This document shows, in pieces, positions 13,901 to 28,120 of a stretch of DNA of 64,000 nucleotides. Every line of letters starts with the position of its first letter. Position 1 is the stretch's first letter. Source of the stretch: Epiperipatus broadwayi (Eukaryota > Animalia > Onychophora); assembly GCA_028023455.1 (NCBI GenBank), contig JAQFVV010000009.1, positions 4,030,001 through 4,094,000 of the forward strand, in the 5' to 3' direction. Under the pieces are notes generated by a model that was not told the DNA's origin, ran no database searches, and saw only the letters and a list, made by a program, of their open reading frames with translations. Made by a program: the position numbers and the translations under genes.

Positions 13901-16509
13901 CATTCTACCAAAAAGTCCTTTTAGATCTATAAATACAATAATACTCTTCATAACTTTGTCACCTTTTATTTTTTTAAATTTAAATCTCTAAGATTGAAAA
14001 AAATATATAAATAATTTAAAATCCACTGCTTAAAATTTTTAACAATAATTTTAATGCAAGTAAAATTATCTATACTCTTAAAAATTCCTTTCATTAAACT
14101 TTCCAACTTCTATTGGAATCATAGCTAATGATTTCATACAACTTTTTGACTAGACATCTGAATCACAAATTGCATTAATCTTTCATTATCAAGATCTCAA
14201 AATATTCTTTAAAAACATTTAAAAATATTATGCATCAAATAGCCATGGTCAGTAATAAATAATATAATATTATTCAATAATAAACAATCTACAATACAAA
14301 GAATTATAAAGATATAAATGTGTGTGATCAAGTGTATCAGCAGTATGAGATAGCATGGATGGTTGAGGGTCCTGTGAAAGTCTGAATTCAAATCCTCTAT
14401 GTATTACATATATAAGTGCAGATATGAAAAAGCCTGTACTGTAGAAAAAAAATCATATTTCAAAGATATAAATAGTAAATGTGTAGGAATATCAATGAAA
14501 CAATAAATGAAATGCAGAATGGAAATGTATAAATACTGAAAAAATAAAAATAAATAATAATAAACTAAGAAACAGAAAAAGATAGAAAAGATTGAATGAT
14601 AAGAAAAAAATGCATGGGAAGAGTGTGTGTGAAATTAGTCTACTATTCTTATGTATGATGGAAATATCAGAAACTTATATTAAATTCAACAGTGAGTGCA
14701 ACTGTTTGAACTATGCCCCCACCCCTTATAAATTTCTTCCTAATGGATTTTTTTTTAAAGTCTGAAAAATACTTATTCAGAACTTTCCTTTAAAAAAAAA
14801 TTCTAAATAGATTTGTGTATTCATTAAAATCATTAAATGCATAATGTCAAAATTTACAAATTCGGGACATTCTTTCCTTCAAAAGGACTCATTTATTCAA
14901 ATCTTAAATATTTCTATAAATCTTTATATCCAAATGTGAAATAAATAAATTATCTATTTAAGTTTTTATTTAGTTTCAAAACAAAAATAATAAGGATATA
15001 TCTTTTGACATTTTATTGGCTATATATTATACACTGATAAATATATATACAACATAATGTTTGTGATTATCATATTCTTGAAATTTATTAAAACTAGCTT
15101 TTTTTTTTTTTTTAGTTTTTGTTTACAAACTGACTAAAGTTTTTAAAAAATTTTAAAAATGATGTAATAATTTGTTTAAAAAAAAAAAATCAACAGTTAC
15201 CTTTAAAAATAAACTAATTATTTAATGAGCAATAATGTATTAATCTTTGTTGCAAAAATTATATGAAGAGTTTAAAAAGAGAATAAATTTATATATACAT
15301 ACTGTGACAGTCAGTCTTAAATGACCGCCACAAAGATGGCTGCAAGCATAGTTGCAGCCCAAACAAATGTACATATTATAATTAATTAAGGAGTGGTCTG
15401 TGCAGGTATATTTTCTCTGTTGCTTACACACACAATATATTGTAAATAAATAGGATGAATGGCGATAATACGCTTATAAATAAACAAATGCGGACACCAC
15501 ATGTAAATATATATTTTGCTGCTAATAAATGCTATATATTTTTTTATTTATGATGTGAATAAATATGGTAGGCCATTAAAGAAATTATTGCGGGAAACTT
15601 AAATATATTTGCAAGTAACCCAACAGTAAACATGTTTTATTTTGATTTTATTTTAGATTCTCAAATGTTGTATTTTTCTTTCTGTTGCTTGTTGAATATT
15701 CTTTTTGGAAGACTTAAAAACAATTTTTATGTGACAACAAGTATACAGTTTAAGTTTTATAATTTTTTTTTAGAACTTAATGTTCATGACCGCAGGCAAG
15801 CCAATGACCTCTTTCTTTTATTGTATAATGTTTTTGGGAAAAAATGTAGAAATTGTATCAGTGGTCATCCGGCTTGACACCAAAATTATTTAATTAAATA
15901 AATGTGATTTTATTTTATTGTTTAAAGGAATCAAGGGATTGGAATTTAAATGGTTTGTGAAATTCTGAAATTAATTAAAAGATAAAGTTATCATAAGACA
16001 AATTTTTTCCAAGCAGATAGCTAAAATTAAATCCATTGTTTGGACTTAAGTAATTAAAAACAGGGATTAATAATTTAATTAAAAACAGAAATGTAAAAGC
16101 AATAACTTGTGGAGGGGGTGAGAGAATACACCCTGTAATGGGGGGGGATATATAAAGGCTGGTCAGGTGAAATTTAATTAGTTAGCTGGGTTATATTCGT
16201 TGATACTCACTCGGGCACTCTTACCCGTTCTCTGGTAGTTAGCAGTATATTTTTCGGAGTGGACGGACGGAAAAGCAGAATTATGAGTGTAGAAAAATAT
16301 TTTTTCAGAATGCTGAACAAGTGGAAAAGTTATTAATAGCTGAATGTATTTTAAAGTTGCAGACCAAAAAATATGAGACTTATGGATTAAGAAAGAAAAT
16401 ACAATTGAAATTATTATTATCAGATACATTTCCTAATAAGTATTAACCGAATGAGAAAGAATACTGCCCAATTAAACAAAAGAAAGTGAAATTTAAGCTA
16501 ATGTTTTAT

Positions 16510-16555
16510 ATCGCTAAGGGAATGGAATCAAGATCGCTAAGGGAATGGAATCAAG
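16510..16555. repeat. Perfect 23-bp tandem duplication
   Basis: atcgctaagggaatggaatcaag x2. Confidence 0.95.
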
Positions 16556-17021
16556 ATTTATTTGTGATACAGCAATGGACATGGAGTAGAAGACCAAGTT
16601 CGGTACATTCGTACCGCTCAAAGACCTACATAGCCATCCAGTGATGTGACTTTCTATTTCTTAAAGTGTAGCTGCTATGGACAATTTGCTAACCTCCATT
16701 GAAGCCCTGTTAAGTAATCACCTGCACAGCAGATATATATCGCCCTCAAAATCCTAGCCCAGAGAAGAACGAAACCTTCGGGAAGTATTATTTATGTTTT
16801 TATATCTATTTTTTATGTCATATTATGAGTAATTCGTTATTTTACTAATATTGCTATTATTAAACGACCCAGTGAATTGCGTAATTCAGTTATATTTCTT
16901 TTGTAATTTTAACATAAAGGTACACGTAATTCACTGGAGTATCGGAAATATTTCAAAATAGTTAAAGAGAAATAATTGGGTGGTTTGGTCATTGGATGTA
17001 TGTGTTTCGCCTTGTAATAAG

Positions 17022-17312
17022 AGTAAATTTATTCCATCCGCTACGTGCAGGATAGTTTTCATAAGGAATAAAAGTATGTAGGAAAGTGTTCCAAATAATT
17101 ATTATTGTCCGCCACGTGCAGGACTTCTATTATGGAACTTTTAAGATTCAAATTGTAGTTTAGCACGAGTTTATTCCCCTAGTAAATTTATTCCATCCGC
17201 TACGTGCAGGATTGTCTCCATAAGGAATAAAAGTGTGTTAGAAAGTGTTCCAAATAACTATTATTGTCCGCCACATGCAGGACTCATATTATGGAACATT
17301 TAAGATTCAAAT
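17022..17312. repeat. Tandem duplication, period 159 bp
   Basis: agtaaatttattccatccgctacgtgcagga starts at 17022 and 17181. Each unit contains two tccgcYacRtgcagga submotifs. Confidence 0.9.
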
Positions 17313-18040
17313 ATCATTAACTCCTGGCTAAATCATTTTTTTTTTTATTATGAAACACAAGCATACCATGGTCAATACACATTGTTTTCGAATAAGTAAT
17401 TTATTCTAAGTTGTGGGGTTTAAAGTGTAAGCAGGGGAGAATTTCAGACCATTCCTTTCCCATTTATGAAACTATTTAAAATTTATTTATACGCTTGAAT
17501 TTTAATTAATATTGTTTATGTGTGTGTTTATTCTCTTCTTTATTCTGTAAATATTTATATAATCATAGAGGGCTTAATAAATTTAACATCTAATTTTAAA
17601 GTATGGCGTTGTGCTGTGTATTTGATAATGATATTATTGTTTGACCTTTTCTGTTAACGAAGCAACAAACCACCATCCCGAGATCATGAGTTGATTGAGC
17701 TAGTCAGGGATTAAACTTACTGGGATCGGGAATCATTCGTTAGGCATTCACTTTTCTATTGATTTTATATATAAAAAAAAGAAAATATAAGAGATTATAA
17801 TTCTTTATTAATTACATGATCATATCCCTTAAGCAGGGGAGCAATCTCTTTCTTAAGGTGGCGCGCAAAGGTTGCAGTAAATGAACCTTTCAAAGGTATG
17901 ATTATAGTAATGTATATTTTGGATGCCTTTGAATATTTCTTAATTGCTGCTCGATGTTAGAAAACGCATGTCATGCTCAATGCGTATAGAGATGCAGGCA
18001 TCGACTGTTACAATACAATTAACTAAGTAATAAAACTAAC

Positions 18041-18274
18041 CTCTGAGTAGCCTGCACCAAGATGACTGCAGTCATCTTCATCAAATGCTGTGTATGGACT
18101 GATGCTGGAAATTGCACGTTTTAGTTTTCGAGGAGTTTTAGTAAATGAAAAGGCTCGGCTTACTTTCCGACCAGTTTTAGAAGCAAATCGTAAAGCCTTA
18201 CTAAAAGTATTTGTCATCACATCACTTGTTCCAATATCTAATTCTTGAGGATCTAAAGTTGCAAGAAAATTTCC
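18041..18274 (-). CDS. ECT2: ECT2/pebble exon, C-terminal region after the PH domain (phase 0/0, 78 codons)
   Basis: GNFLATLDPQELDIGTSDVMTNTFSKALRFASKTGRKVSRAFSFTKTPRKLKRAISSISP matches the conserved ECT2 motif (human ...KKVTRAFSFSKTPKRALRR). Acceptor ttttatag, donor gttagt. Confidence 0.93.
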
Positions 18275-20899
18275 CTATAAAAATAAATTGAATTCATTAA
18301 TTCTACAAAATATTTATTTTCAGAAAAATAATGTATACATACTTTCTCATTCTCTAACAATATATATTTTTTAAACCATAATCCATTTCACACCACTCTA
18401 ATCTTGAATCATATCTTTATTCATATCTACTAATTTCTTATGCTTATTTATTATAAATGAATTAATGCTGACACCCCTAAATAAAATATAAACTATGAGG
18501 TCTATGTTATTGTGTAAATATATATCAAAATTTTACATAAATAAAATTAAACAAAACAACAACAAAAAAATATCTGCGAATTAATATAATTTCTGATCTA
18601 GCATCAAAACTATATAATTAAATAAGCAAGTATGACTCTTTTCAAAAGTTTTATTGATTCTGAACTATTTCTTACTATCTTCAGATTATTCAATCTATCT
18701 ACAGAAATGTGTTTTTAGTAAAAAAAAAACTAAATAAATTCATAAGTATTTATTTATATAAAATAAACTCACAAGATATAGAGGGGAAATAATGTGAAAA
18801 TTATATATTAGATAGTCAATTAGGAACAATAGATGATGAAAACTTAGCTTAATAAAAATAAAGTTATTGCTGGATTACCATGGCACACAAAAATATTTCT
18901 CACTAAGAAAAACCAATAGCCAAAAATTAAGGCCCAAACAGTGTTTAACACTATCATATTATATCCATTAATGACAGATATTTCATAAATAATTCTCAAG
19001 AATAGAGTGATCTGAAAATAAATGGAATATAAGCTAAAATAGTTACATTTCTTCCAATCTGCTGAAAAGATCATAGTATGCCGAAACTAAAAATTTTAAT
19101 TTTATCAATATTATTTAAAATCTAAAATTTTAAGCGCTTTATATTAATTTAGAATCATTTATTATTATTATTGAGAGCAACAAAGTGATAATATATATAT
19201 AAAGGGTGTTATTAAATAATAAATAAATAAAAAAGCAAAAAAAAAAGTGAAAAAAATAGAATTAAACTTCAGCTTAAAGAAATGGCGTTTTAATATCATT
19301 TTTAATTAAATGTAATATGGAAAAAAACCACTAGGTAAAAAATTATTTATATAAGAGACCCAATGAAAACAGCAGCTTGAATAGAATGTGAAAGTATGAA
19401 ATACAAATAAACAACATATAAGAATGATGAAAAAGAATAAAATGAATAGATCATATACTACTAGAAGCAGGAGATGGTAAATAAAATTCTGAAATAATTC
19501 TATTTGAATCTATAATCTTGGATTCAATAAACTCTGCTATTTAATATTTCTAAATGATTTTTTTTTATTATTGAAATGGTTTTATCCATGATAAAATCAT
19601 AATTTTCTATTACTAAATACATATGTTCCTTCATAATGTGTTAAAACAGTGATTCTAAAATTGATGTTAAAGCTCATTCAGAGATCCTCAGACCCATTTC
19701 AGAAAGTTCAAATTCATTTATCAAAAAGGATCAGGAATACTTTAATATATTATTTGTAATTTTCAATTACAGTATAAACTATTTTCTATAAATAATGGCA
19801 AATAGATTTAACTAATAAAAGAGTGCAAGTAAATAGTTTAATTTAGTAGCTATAATCTTGACTTATATTAGCAATGTAGTACTAAACTTGTTTTGAAAAA
19901 ATATTTTATTATTTTCAGATAATCAAATAATGTCAATTTACATTTTTTTGCTTTGTAGCCATGAAAAAAGATAACCACTCTTGGTATTCATGTGCAGTTA
20001 AAATACAAACTGCACTAAATCCATGCATGGGGTAATCTTAAAATAGAGCTTTCCTAATTTATAATTATATATAAATTTGAATAATTTATAATCAATAAAA
20101 GATATATGTTTATTAACAAAATTTAACATATAAGATGAATGCAGATATGTTAAACAAAATAAATAACAGGGCTACCAAGAGACATTCTTCTGAAAAAAAC
20201 TGGAAGCATCATTCTTAACTATTACATGCTCTATTATTAAATATATACCTAGAGATTATAAAAGTTTGCTGATCAGAGATGGGACATGTTATTTTTGGTT
20301 TTAGAGAAGATAATAGGTGATATGAAAGATAAGATTTCTGTTTCAAAGTGCACTATTAATGACATAAAAGAAAGTACAGTTTATTGTATTGGGTGAAATA
20401 GATGCTACTTCTTCAACCTCTTTCCCTAATTGTGAGTTCAGTTTAGGGAAAATATTATTCTGGAACTATTATTTTTTCCTAATTAATTAACCTACAAATT
20501 GTGATGTATTATCAGTATAGAAAGCCATACATTTTCCAAAATAAATTTCAAGATTTTTCAAAGTATTTAAACTTCTGTATATTTTATGATGGCTGCAGAA
20601 AGGAGTTTGCTATTAACTGAAAGGAGACCCTTTGATTCCTCTTGGAGGCCTTAAAAAAACCAAGCAGGGAAAATTTCCTAATGTCCATTCCATAGGTTCT
20701 TGTTGTTACAGCTGTTTTACTATGTGATTATTCATATAGTATACGAACATGGATGGGCTGCTCCCCAACATGCATTAGCCAGCTTGGTGAGTTTATTGGC
20801 TTTTTACCTCTGAGTTTAAGATCAAGAAACACCATGATCTTTCTTCTCAGTTGCCTGATAAGGCAGAATGAATGTATGTGTAAATGATATTTTTCCAAT

Positions 20900-22330
20900 A
20901 GATATATACAATCATGACAGACAAAAAATAAATCATGGCCCTTATTCTCGGGAGGCTGTAAAGTCACCAACCAAGGCAGCAATTGGTGGCTGAAGACTGA
21001 GGGTGCTAAGAATCCCTTGATTGTGGACCCAGATGGCCATTTGATGACAACTTTTTATTTTGGTACTTACAACTGCAGGTCACTTTCAAGTGAAGGAAGA
21101 TTGCAAGAATTAGAAAGATTGTCTTATATTAAATGGGACATTATTGGACTTTATAAAGTTAGAAGAAAAGATGAAGAGACGATTTAAAAAGTGAACATGT
21201 ACTTTACTATAAAGGGACAAATATTGGAAATATAAGTGGAGTAAGATTCATTATAAATAAAAAGTGGAAAAACAATATTGTTGAGATTGATGGTGTATTG
21301 GACAGAGTGGCAAGATTAGTTATACAACTTAATAGCAGATACTAAATGCAGATGATTCAGGTTTATGCCCCAACAGGTTCTCATAGTGATGAAGTAGTAG
21401 AAGATTTTTATATAGATGTACAAAAGGCTTTTGATCAGAGTAAACAACATTTTAAAATTGTTATGGGATACTTCAATGCTAGAATTGGTTAACAAATGAA
21501 AGTGCTGTAGGTAATTTTGGTTATGGTAATAGAAATGAGAGAGGATATAGACTTGTGGAGTTTGCAGAAAAAGAAAAACTTTATATTATGAATTCTTTTT
21601 TTGAGAAAAATGTTAAAAGGAAATGGTCATGAAAGCATCTAAATGAAGGTACAGCAAAATTGGATTATATTTTGACAAACAGAAAATACATATTTCAAGA
21701 TTGTAATGTTCTTAATAAATTTAATACAGGAAATGAACATCGATTAATAAGATGTAAGACATGTTAATGCAAAACTAGAGAGTCAAAAATTATTAAGAAA
21801 ACAATATTTATAGTTGATATTCCTAATCTCCAGAAACATTCTAATGAATTTAAATTAGAACTTACAAATCGGTTTCAAGTATTAGTAGATTTTGAACATG
21901 ATTCAAGATTTGAATGAAATTAATAAGAAAATAACTGATACATTTTTAAAAGCTGGACAAAGATAGCTGGTAAAAAAAAGCAGCAATCGACCAATAAAAT
22001 TTCTACTGAGAGTAGGCAATTTATGAAGAAAAGAAGGAATATAAAGATATACAAAAATGATGCATTAAAAAGGATCGAATACCTCGAATTTTGTAAAATG
22101 GTGCGGAAAAGAATTGAAAATGATATAAGAAAGTATAACTGTGAACTAGCAAGGAAAGCTGTAGAAGAGAATAAAAGTCTCAAGAGTGTAAAACAATATT
22201 TTGGTATTGGTAGGAAATTTATATCTGCAATAAGAAAAAAAGATGGAATTATTACTAAAAAGACAGATGGCATCATGAAATGGGTAGAAGACTTCTATCA
22301 AGAATTATATAGTAATAAAGAACAAGTACC
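20900..22330 (+). mobile_element. RTE-clade LINE, 5' part (APE endonuclease and linker, no RT)
   Basis: GAKNP, GTYNCRSLSSEGRLQELE, IKWDIIGL, QVYAPT, VMGYFNARIG and DYILT motifs. The linker ORF at 22023 breaks off near 22330. Confidence 0.85.
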
Positions 22331-24050
22331 TTCTATATCTATTATATCTTCCCTCACCAATACATAATCTATTGTGTGGAATATATTATTTCTAGACCAT
22401 TGTCCTTCATAAATCTTTGATAATTTTACAATGCTCAAATTCACTCTCTGACAAAATTTCTTCAAAAGCTGTCCATTCTTATTATCTACATCATCAATTT
22501 CTTCAATATGTCCATTCATATTCCCTATAACAATTATTCTCTTCCTCTTTTCTTTAAAACTCTGTATATCCTTAACTAGGCATTCATATTTGCTACTGTT
22601 CCACTTCATTATAGTTTAAATACTACCAGCAGCTATATAAACTATAGCCACCACTCATACTTGTCTTCAACCTGATTTCAAATCACAAATGTTCTTGACA
22701 TTTAACAGTATTTAAAATTTTTTTTTTTTTTTTATATTCTTCCAGAATAGGTTCTTCTTCTTCTCTTAGATGTGTTTCCACTACTGCTAATACCTCAAGC
22801 TCTTCATTTTCAATTGATTTGTTTAATTCCAGCCATCACCTTGCATATTCAAATACCCAATTTTAACAATTTCTTCTTTCTTAACTATTCTTTTATAAAT
22901 TTTTTTTGATTCTTTCATCTCTATTACATTTATAAATAACTTGCTTACCATTAATTTTACAGACCCATTCCCTCTCCACATCCACACTTATATCTAATTC
23001 AACTACCCTTTCCTTATTTCTTCATTCCATCCATTCGTCTTCTTTTTGATAACCCTGCAATTTAAAACCCGACCCCCCTTTACAAGTTTCCCGCATTATA
23101 TTTTTTTATAAATCAGACTCCCTAAAACTTCATTTCTTTGTTTTCTTAAGTGCAATCCATCTTTACTATATAACTCATTCTTTCCAATAAATCAATCCCA
23201 CACATCCACAAACATAACATTTCTCTCACACAATTTTTTCAATCTCTCATTTATAGAACATGCCCTATCTAACAAATACCTCTTGTCGATCTTGGTAACA
23301 ATCCAACTATCCTTACTCTTTTTTACTCAAATTCCTAATCAATTTTATGTACTCATCCATTACTCTCTCTGGTGGTTCTGACAAATTATTAGTCCCTACC
23401 ATAACATACACATCTCAACTACCTTGCTTCTTTACATTATCTGTCACACCCCTAATTCTAGCTCCAAGCAAACATACTCTTACATACTTACTTCTATTTT
23501 CCCTTGTAATTATATCCCAAATACTCTAATTAGTGAATCTCCTATCAATATTGTCTCATAGTCTACTTTCTCTGCTCCATCCATAATATTTTCTACCACC
23601 TTCTGGATCTCCTTAGTTACTTCTTCCTTATCTTTCCTACTCAATAATTCCTTTATCTGCTCACACTTCATCTCTAATGATTTTAATTTTGCTTCTACAT
23701 CCTTCACCTCTTCCTTTATCTTACTTATTCTTTAGCTAACCATCTCCATTGCACTACTAATTTCTCCACCCATATCTCCTGACACTCCACTAAAACCATA
23801 CTACATTTTGCTCCCTTTCCCCTGACTTTCTCTTTAGACTATCTACACTTAGAAACCAATTTCTCGCCTCTTTTATCACCTTTAAACACTGTCCACATAA
23901 CCATAAACCTGTTACATCCTTCCTAGTCTTATTCAAACATTTCAAGTGATAAACCTCACCACAGACTGTACACTCTACCAGAGTACGCCTAGTTTCTTTC
24001 TGCCAATTATATATGCATTGCATTCACATTATGCACTGTAATGTTCTCTG
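22330..24050 (-). mobile_element. CR1/L2-type LINE, 5' part (PHD finger and SGNH esterase ORF1, APE)
   Basis: PHD finger CTVCGEVYHLKC...WLCGQC, esterase motif LIGDSLIR, APE motifs IIVIGNMNGH and TIDYVLV. PHD plus esterase ORF1 is known in CR1/L2-like elements. Confidence 0.8.
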
Positions 24051-24099
24051 GCTACTCTCTCTATTGTTCTAGATAATCAGTATTGTTTTAATGACTTAA

Positions 24100-26890
24100 T
24101 TTGCATAAACTTACCTTGTTAAATCTTTGCAAATGAGCATAACTCATTATTTCCACATTTGCATAATTTCTCTTATTATACATACTCATACAACTTTATT
24201 GTTCAAGTTAAATATAACAATAATCTTCCCTTCATTCTAGAATAGGTTAGAATGTAATTGCAGACATAACCTTGCAATTCTACAGGCTTTCTTTGTAATT
24301 CAGCCTTTGTGGCAGTGGTATAGGTCTTCTTCAAAAAGTAGATCACTATTTAATTTAGCAGATATATTCTGTGAATCTAGATTTGAAGATTTTTCTTGTA
24401 TATATAATTCATTATTAATAGATGGATCCTGTTTTAATAATTTGGATGTTTTCTAATAAGTCGTCCACATGAGCCTAACTGAACTTGCTGTTGTTTCTAT
24501 TATATCTATCAGCTCAATAAAATGGACTCTTTAAATGGTAAATATGCCTTTTTATTTCTCTATTATTTTGTTTTAATTATGTCTATTTGCTTGGATAGTA
24601 GCTTAGTTATAAATTAGTTATCCATTTCTTTTTTTAACATGTCTCTTATTCAACAGTTTGTCTTATTTTAAATTTGACACTTTCGGATCTTATCTCTTTT
24701 TCTCTAATTTTGTCTGAAATTAACACAGAAATATGTACTAAAATGGTGTTTCATTAAAAATTCTAATGGAGTTTTCTTGTTTACAACTCTGTGTGACTTA
24801 TTGATAAAACATTGCTGTAGTCAGCGCTTCATTAATATCTACATATTCCATTTGATTCGACATGATAGGGGTTGTAACAAATGATGTATCCCTTCTCATC
24901 TAGAAATTTCTTCAACTGTATTGAATAAAATCTTGCACTGTTGTCAGTAACTATTAGTTCAGGATACCTATGCATTGCAAAAAGTTTATTTAGTACATTT
25001 ATTATATTATCAGTATTGATATTTTTGACCATTCTGTATTTCCTCCATTTGGAGTATGAATTGATATTTACAAAAAATATATATCTATGGAGTGCCCTTG
25101 TATGATCTAACTGAATTCTGTCCCATGCTTTTGTAGCATGGGTTAAGTTCCTTTGCAAATAACTTTGCTGTTTCTTAACATGTCTTTATAGTTTTCTCAA
25201 TATCATTCTTCATATCTGGCCACCAGATTTACGAATGAACTAGTTCTTTCATATCAACTATTCCAGAGTGTCCTTTGTATAGCAACTGCAGTACACATTT
25301 CCCCCCTCAGTTGGAAGTAAAATTTGGTCAGTCATAATAATATCTTATTTACACATAAATTTTCCTGAGCATTCCAGATTTGCAGCACTATGTAGTTTGG
25401 TCATCTTTCAAGCCAATCTTGTTTGAAACAATTTTTTACTAATTGATATCTCTCATTATTTGTCATCCAATCAGCTATAACTTTACTATTTAGTCTCTTT
25501 AGATTTGATTTAAATAGTGGTGGAAATTTATTACAGACTAGTAAATTTTACTATTTAGTCTCTTTAGATTTGATTTAAATAGTAGTGGAAATTTATTACA
25601 GACTTGTAAATTTCAGTTTGGTTCTCTTGATATATTCAATATTTATTCCTAAAGATCGAAACCAGTAAATGTCCCAATATAGGACTGAGATTCTTAGCTA
25701 CTATATATAATGATAAATTTTTTATCCATCTGTTTAATTTTACCAGTACTAGCATTATTCCTTTTATATCAATAGCATTCCTGTTTTATGTCTGTAGCAA
25801 TCAAATTTGCCTATTTAACTTTAATACAGTTACTGTCTCACATGACCCATAAGTCTAATAGCATATCTTCTAGATAATCTTTAAACTGACATTCCTTTGT
25901 TAATTCTCACATTACAATATCATAGACTCGCATGTTTTCATTTGGTTACTGCATTCTATTTTGGAAGCAAACTTGTACTATATAATTTGAAGTTGTTGGT
26001 TTGAAATATAAATTTAACTTTTATAGCAATTTTGGGTCACACAGGCAATTAGCTATTTAAAGCACATCCTTTCCTAGCATCCACATAGGTGGCAACTTTC
26101 AGTTTATTATCCATAATGATGTATATTATCATGTATCTTTCAACATGATTAAATTATATTTGCCATTATGTTGTGTTGTTTACATCAAATGGTGTTACCA
26201 TACTGTTCAGCATTGCCACATTGTATGTTCAGTTGCCAACTGCTACTTTACCCAGGTTCTTGAGACTGCAGCAACTAATATAGGTTTAGAACTGTCGACT
26301 GTGGCAATTGATATATATATAGGGGCCAGATTTGACTTAAGCCAGCCTTACCCTCATTAAATTAATTTAGAAATAATACCCAAAGGAAGTTTTAAACTTA
26401 ATAACAAGTTTATTACTCTGGATATAATATTAGTAAATTGTTAGTATTTCAACTAGCAGCTTATACTGGTTGAATTCCATCAATTAAATCAATCGCAATC
26501 ATGCATGCACAGTTCTTTATAGTATTGAACTATAACACTGCATTATTCCCATTACAGTACTTTATTTTACTGTTAACTCTTCTCCATTAACTTTTCACTA
26601 TAATGTTTTCTTCAGCATATTTTATTGTTTATGGATTGCTGGGTTGCAAGCAGCATACTGCTAGCATTCACATTTTCACACAGTACTACTTTTTACTGCT
26701 GCCCTAGATAGTCAGTAGTGTTTTACATGATCTAATATAGTTTCAATGTGAGATCTTTGCAAATTAGCATATCTACTTTATTTTCACATTTGCATAATTT
26801 CACGTATTATGCATATTAATTATTTCTAGATTGAAATTTTAATGTCCTTTATACGCACATACTCATGCAACTTTATTGTTCTTTATATAT
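24100..26890 (-). mobile_element. Decayed Ty3/gypsy LTR retrotransposon lacking RT and RNase H
   Basis: Integrase core ORF 24832-25158 (WDRIQLDH...PELIVTDNSARF...NPYHVESNG). Protease-like remnant at about 25640-25870. Degenerate direct repeats at about 24100-24220 and 26740-26890 are probable LTR remnants. Confidence 0.72.
25482..25612. repeat. About 65-bp tandem duplication inside the gypsy relic
   Basis: tttactatttagtctctttagatttgatttaaatagt...gtaaatt x2. Confidence 0.9.
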
Positions 26891-27059
26891 TAGAATTTTA
26901 GTAAATATAACATTAACTATTACAAAATAAAAATTTCCATCAAAAACATTATAACAACAAATAAGAAATATTGATATGGGGATAAAATTTCTAAAAGTAA
27001 ATCTGTGCAGTATGTTCTAATAATAAAATACAACACTATTTATATTTTGTTTTCATTAT

Positions 27060-28120
27060 TCATTTTCAAATAGCCTCCTTGCGTTTCAATACACCATTGG
27101 AAATGATCGCAATACTGTTTGAAGCAGTCCTTGAAAACATTAAAATTGGCTGTAGAAACTTTATTGCAAGTTTCTGGTTGTCCTAAATTGAATCATATTT
27201 TTTCATGGCCAACTTTAATTGTGGAAATAGCCAAAAATCTGTGGGAGTTAAACCAGAACGAATGTTCAGCCTACTTTTTGGCTAAAAAATAATGCATAAT
27301 CTTGACACAGTGTACTGATATGTTACCATGCAATAATGACTAAGAGGCATACTCATGGTATTCAGATCACACAAAATCTTTCCCCACAAACAATTCAAAA
27401 ACACCTAAATCACAATTAGAATTTGTCTGATCTTCTAAATACATTCATGCTGAATGACGCTTTTAGAATAAATAAAAAAAATCATGAATAAATTTTTTTA
27501 TTTAGTTCTTTTGCATTTGCAATTTTTTTGGTTTTGTTTCTTCTCGTGATCTTAATTTCCACTCTAGTGGTTTCCTGATGACTCATATTTAGAAACATTG
27601 TGTCTCAACAGCTATTATGAATTCTGGATTCTTAGTTGTGATTCTTTGGGTAACTCTGCAGTGCTCCACACTAGCACCATTTTGATCAATTATCAACAAA
27701 TGAGGCACAAAGCTATACATATCTTCCCTTTTTCCAAATTTTTCATTAAAGTGTGATTGAGTCATATTGAGAATGTTATTGATTTCCTCAATGAGTCTGT
27801 TATACTACATGCCTGGCTTTGGATCATCTTCAACATTTTCCCTGCCATCACTAAAACTTGCAATCTACTTGAAATTCAGTTTGAATCATTTCAAACATTT
27901 TTGTAGCAATTTTGCCCAATTTATAACAAAATTTAATTACAATATATTATTCCATTATGGGTTTTCACCGAAATACTAAACATACTGTTACATTTCATTA
28001 TGTAACTCATGATCCAAACATGCTAGAGCCTTAAAATTTTTATGAATAGCTAAACCATGTCTTATCTAACATATGCATTGATTCAGAAATAATGCTGCAA
28101 GCAGCTTGGAGAGAAATGCT
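27060..28120 (-). mobile_element. Decayed mariner transposase
   Basis: C-terminal FKDCFKQYCDHFQWCIETQGGYFE, a decayed SPDL-region motif and N-terminal HTH remnants. Its 5' region resembles about 59450-59495. Confidence 0.8.

Larger units (their letters stand above)
16110..17330 (+). other. Unassigned CpG-retaining, LTR-like segment
   Basis: Purine tract ggagggggtgagagaa, TATA-like gatatataaag with an Inr-like ttagtt about 30 bp downstream, internal tandem duplications and many CpGs. No recognisable protein, no TSD found. Confidence 0.3.

Noticed and set aside
15340-15360. aagatggctgc as a YY1/Pho site
   Set aside because: A single short motif without supporting context.
16745-16790. agcccagagaagaacgaaaccttcggg as a hammerhead
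   Set aside because: GAAAC is present, but there is no CUGANGA core or helix II.
20640-21000. HDV-like ribozyme in the RTE 5' UTR
   Set aside because: Known in some RTEs, but I could not build the nested double pseudoknot from this sequence.
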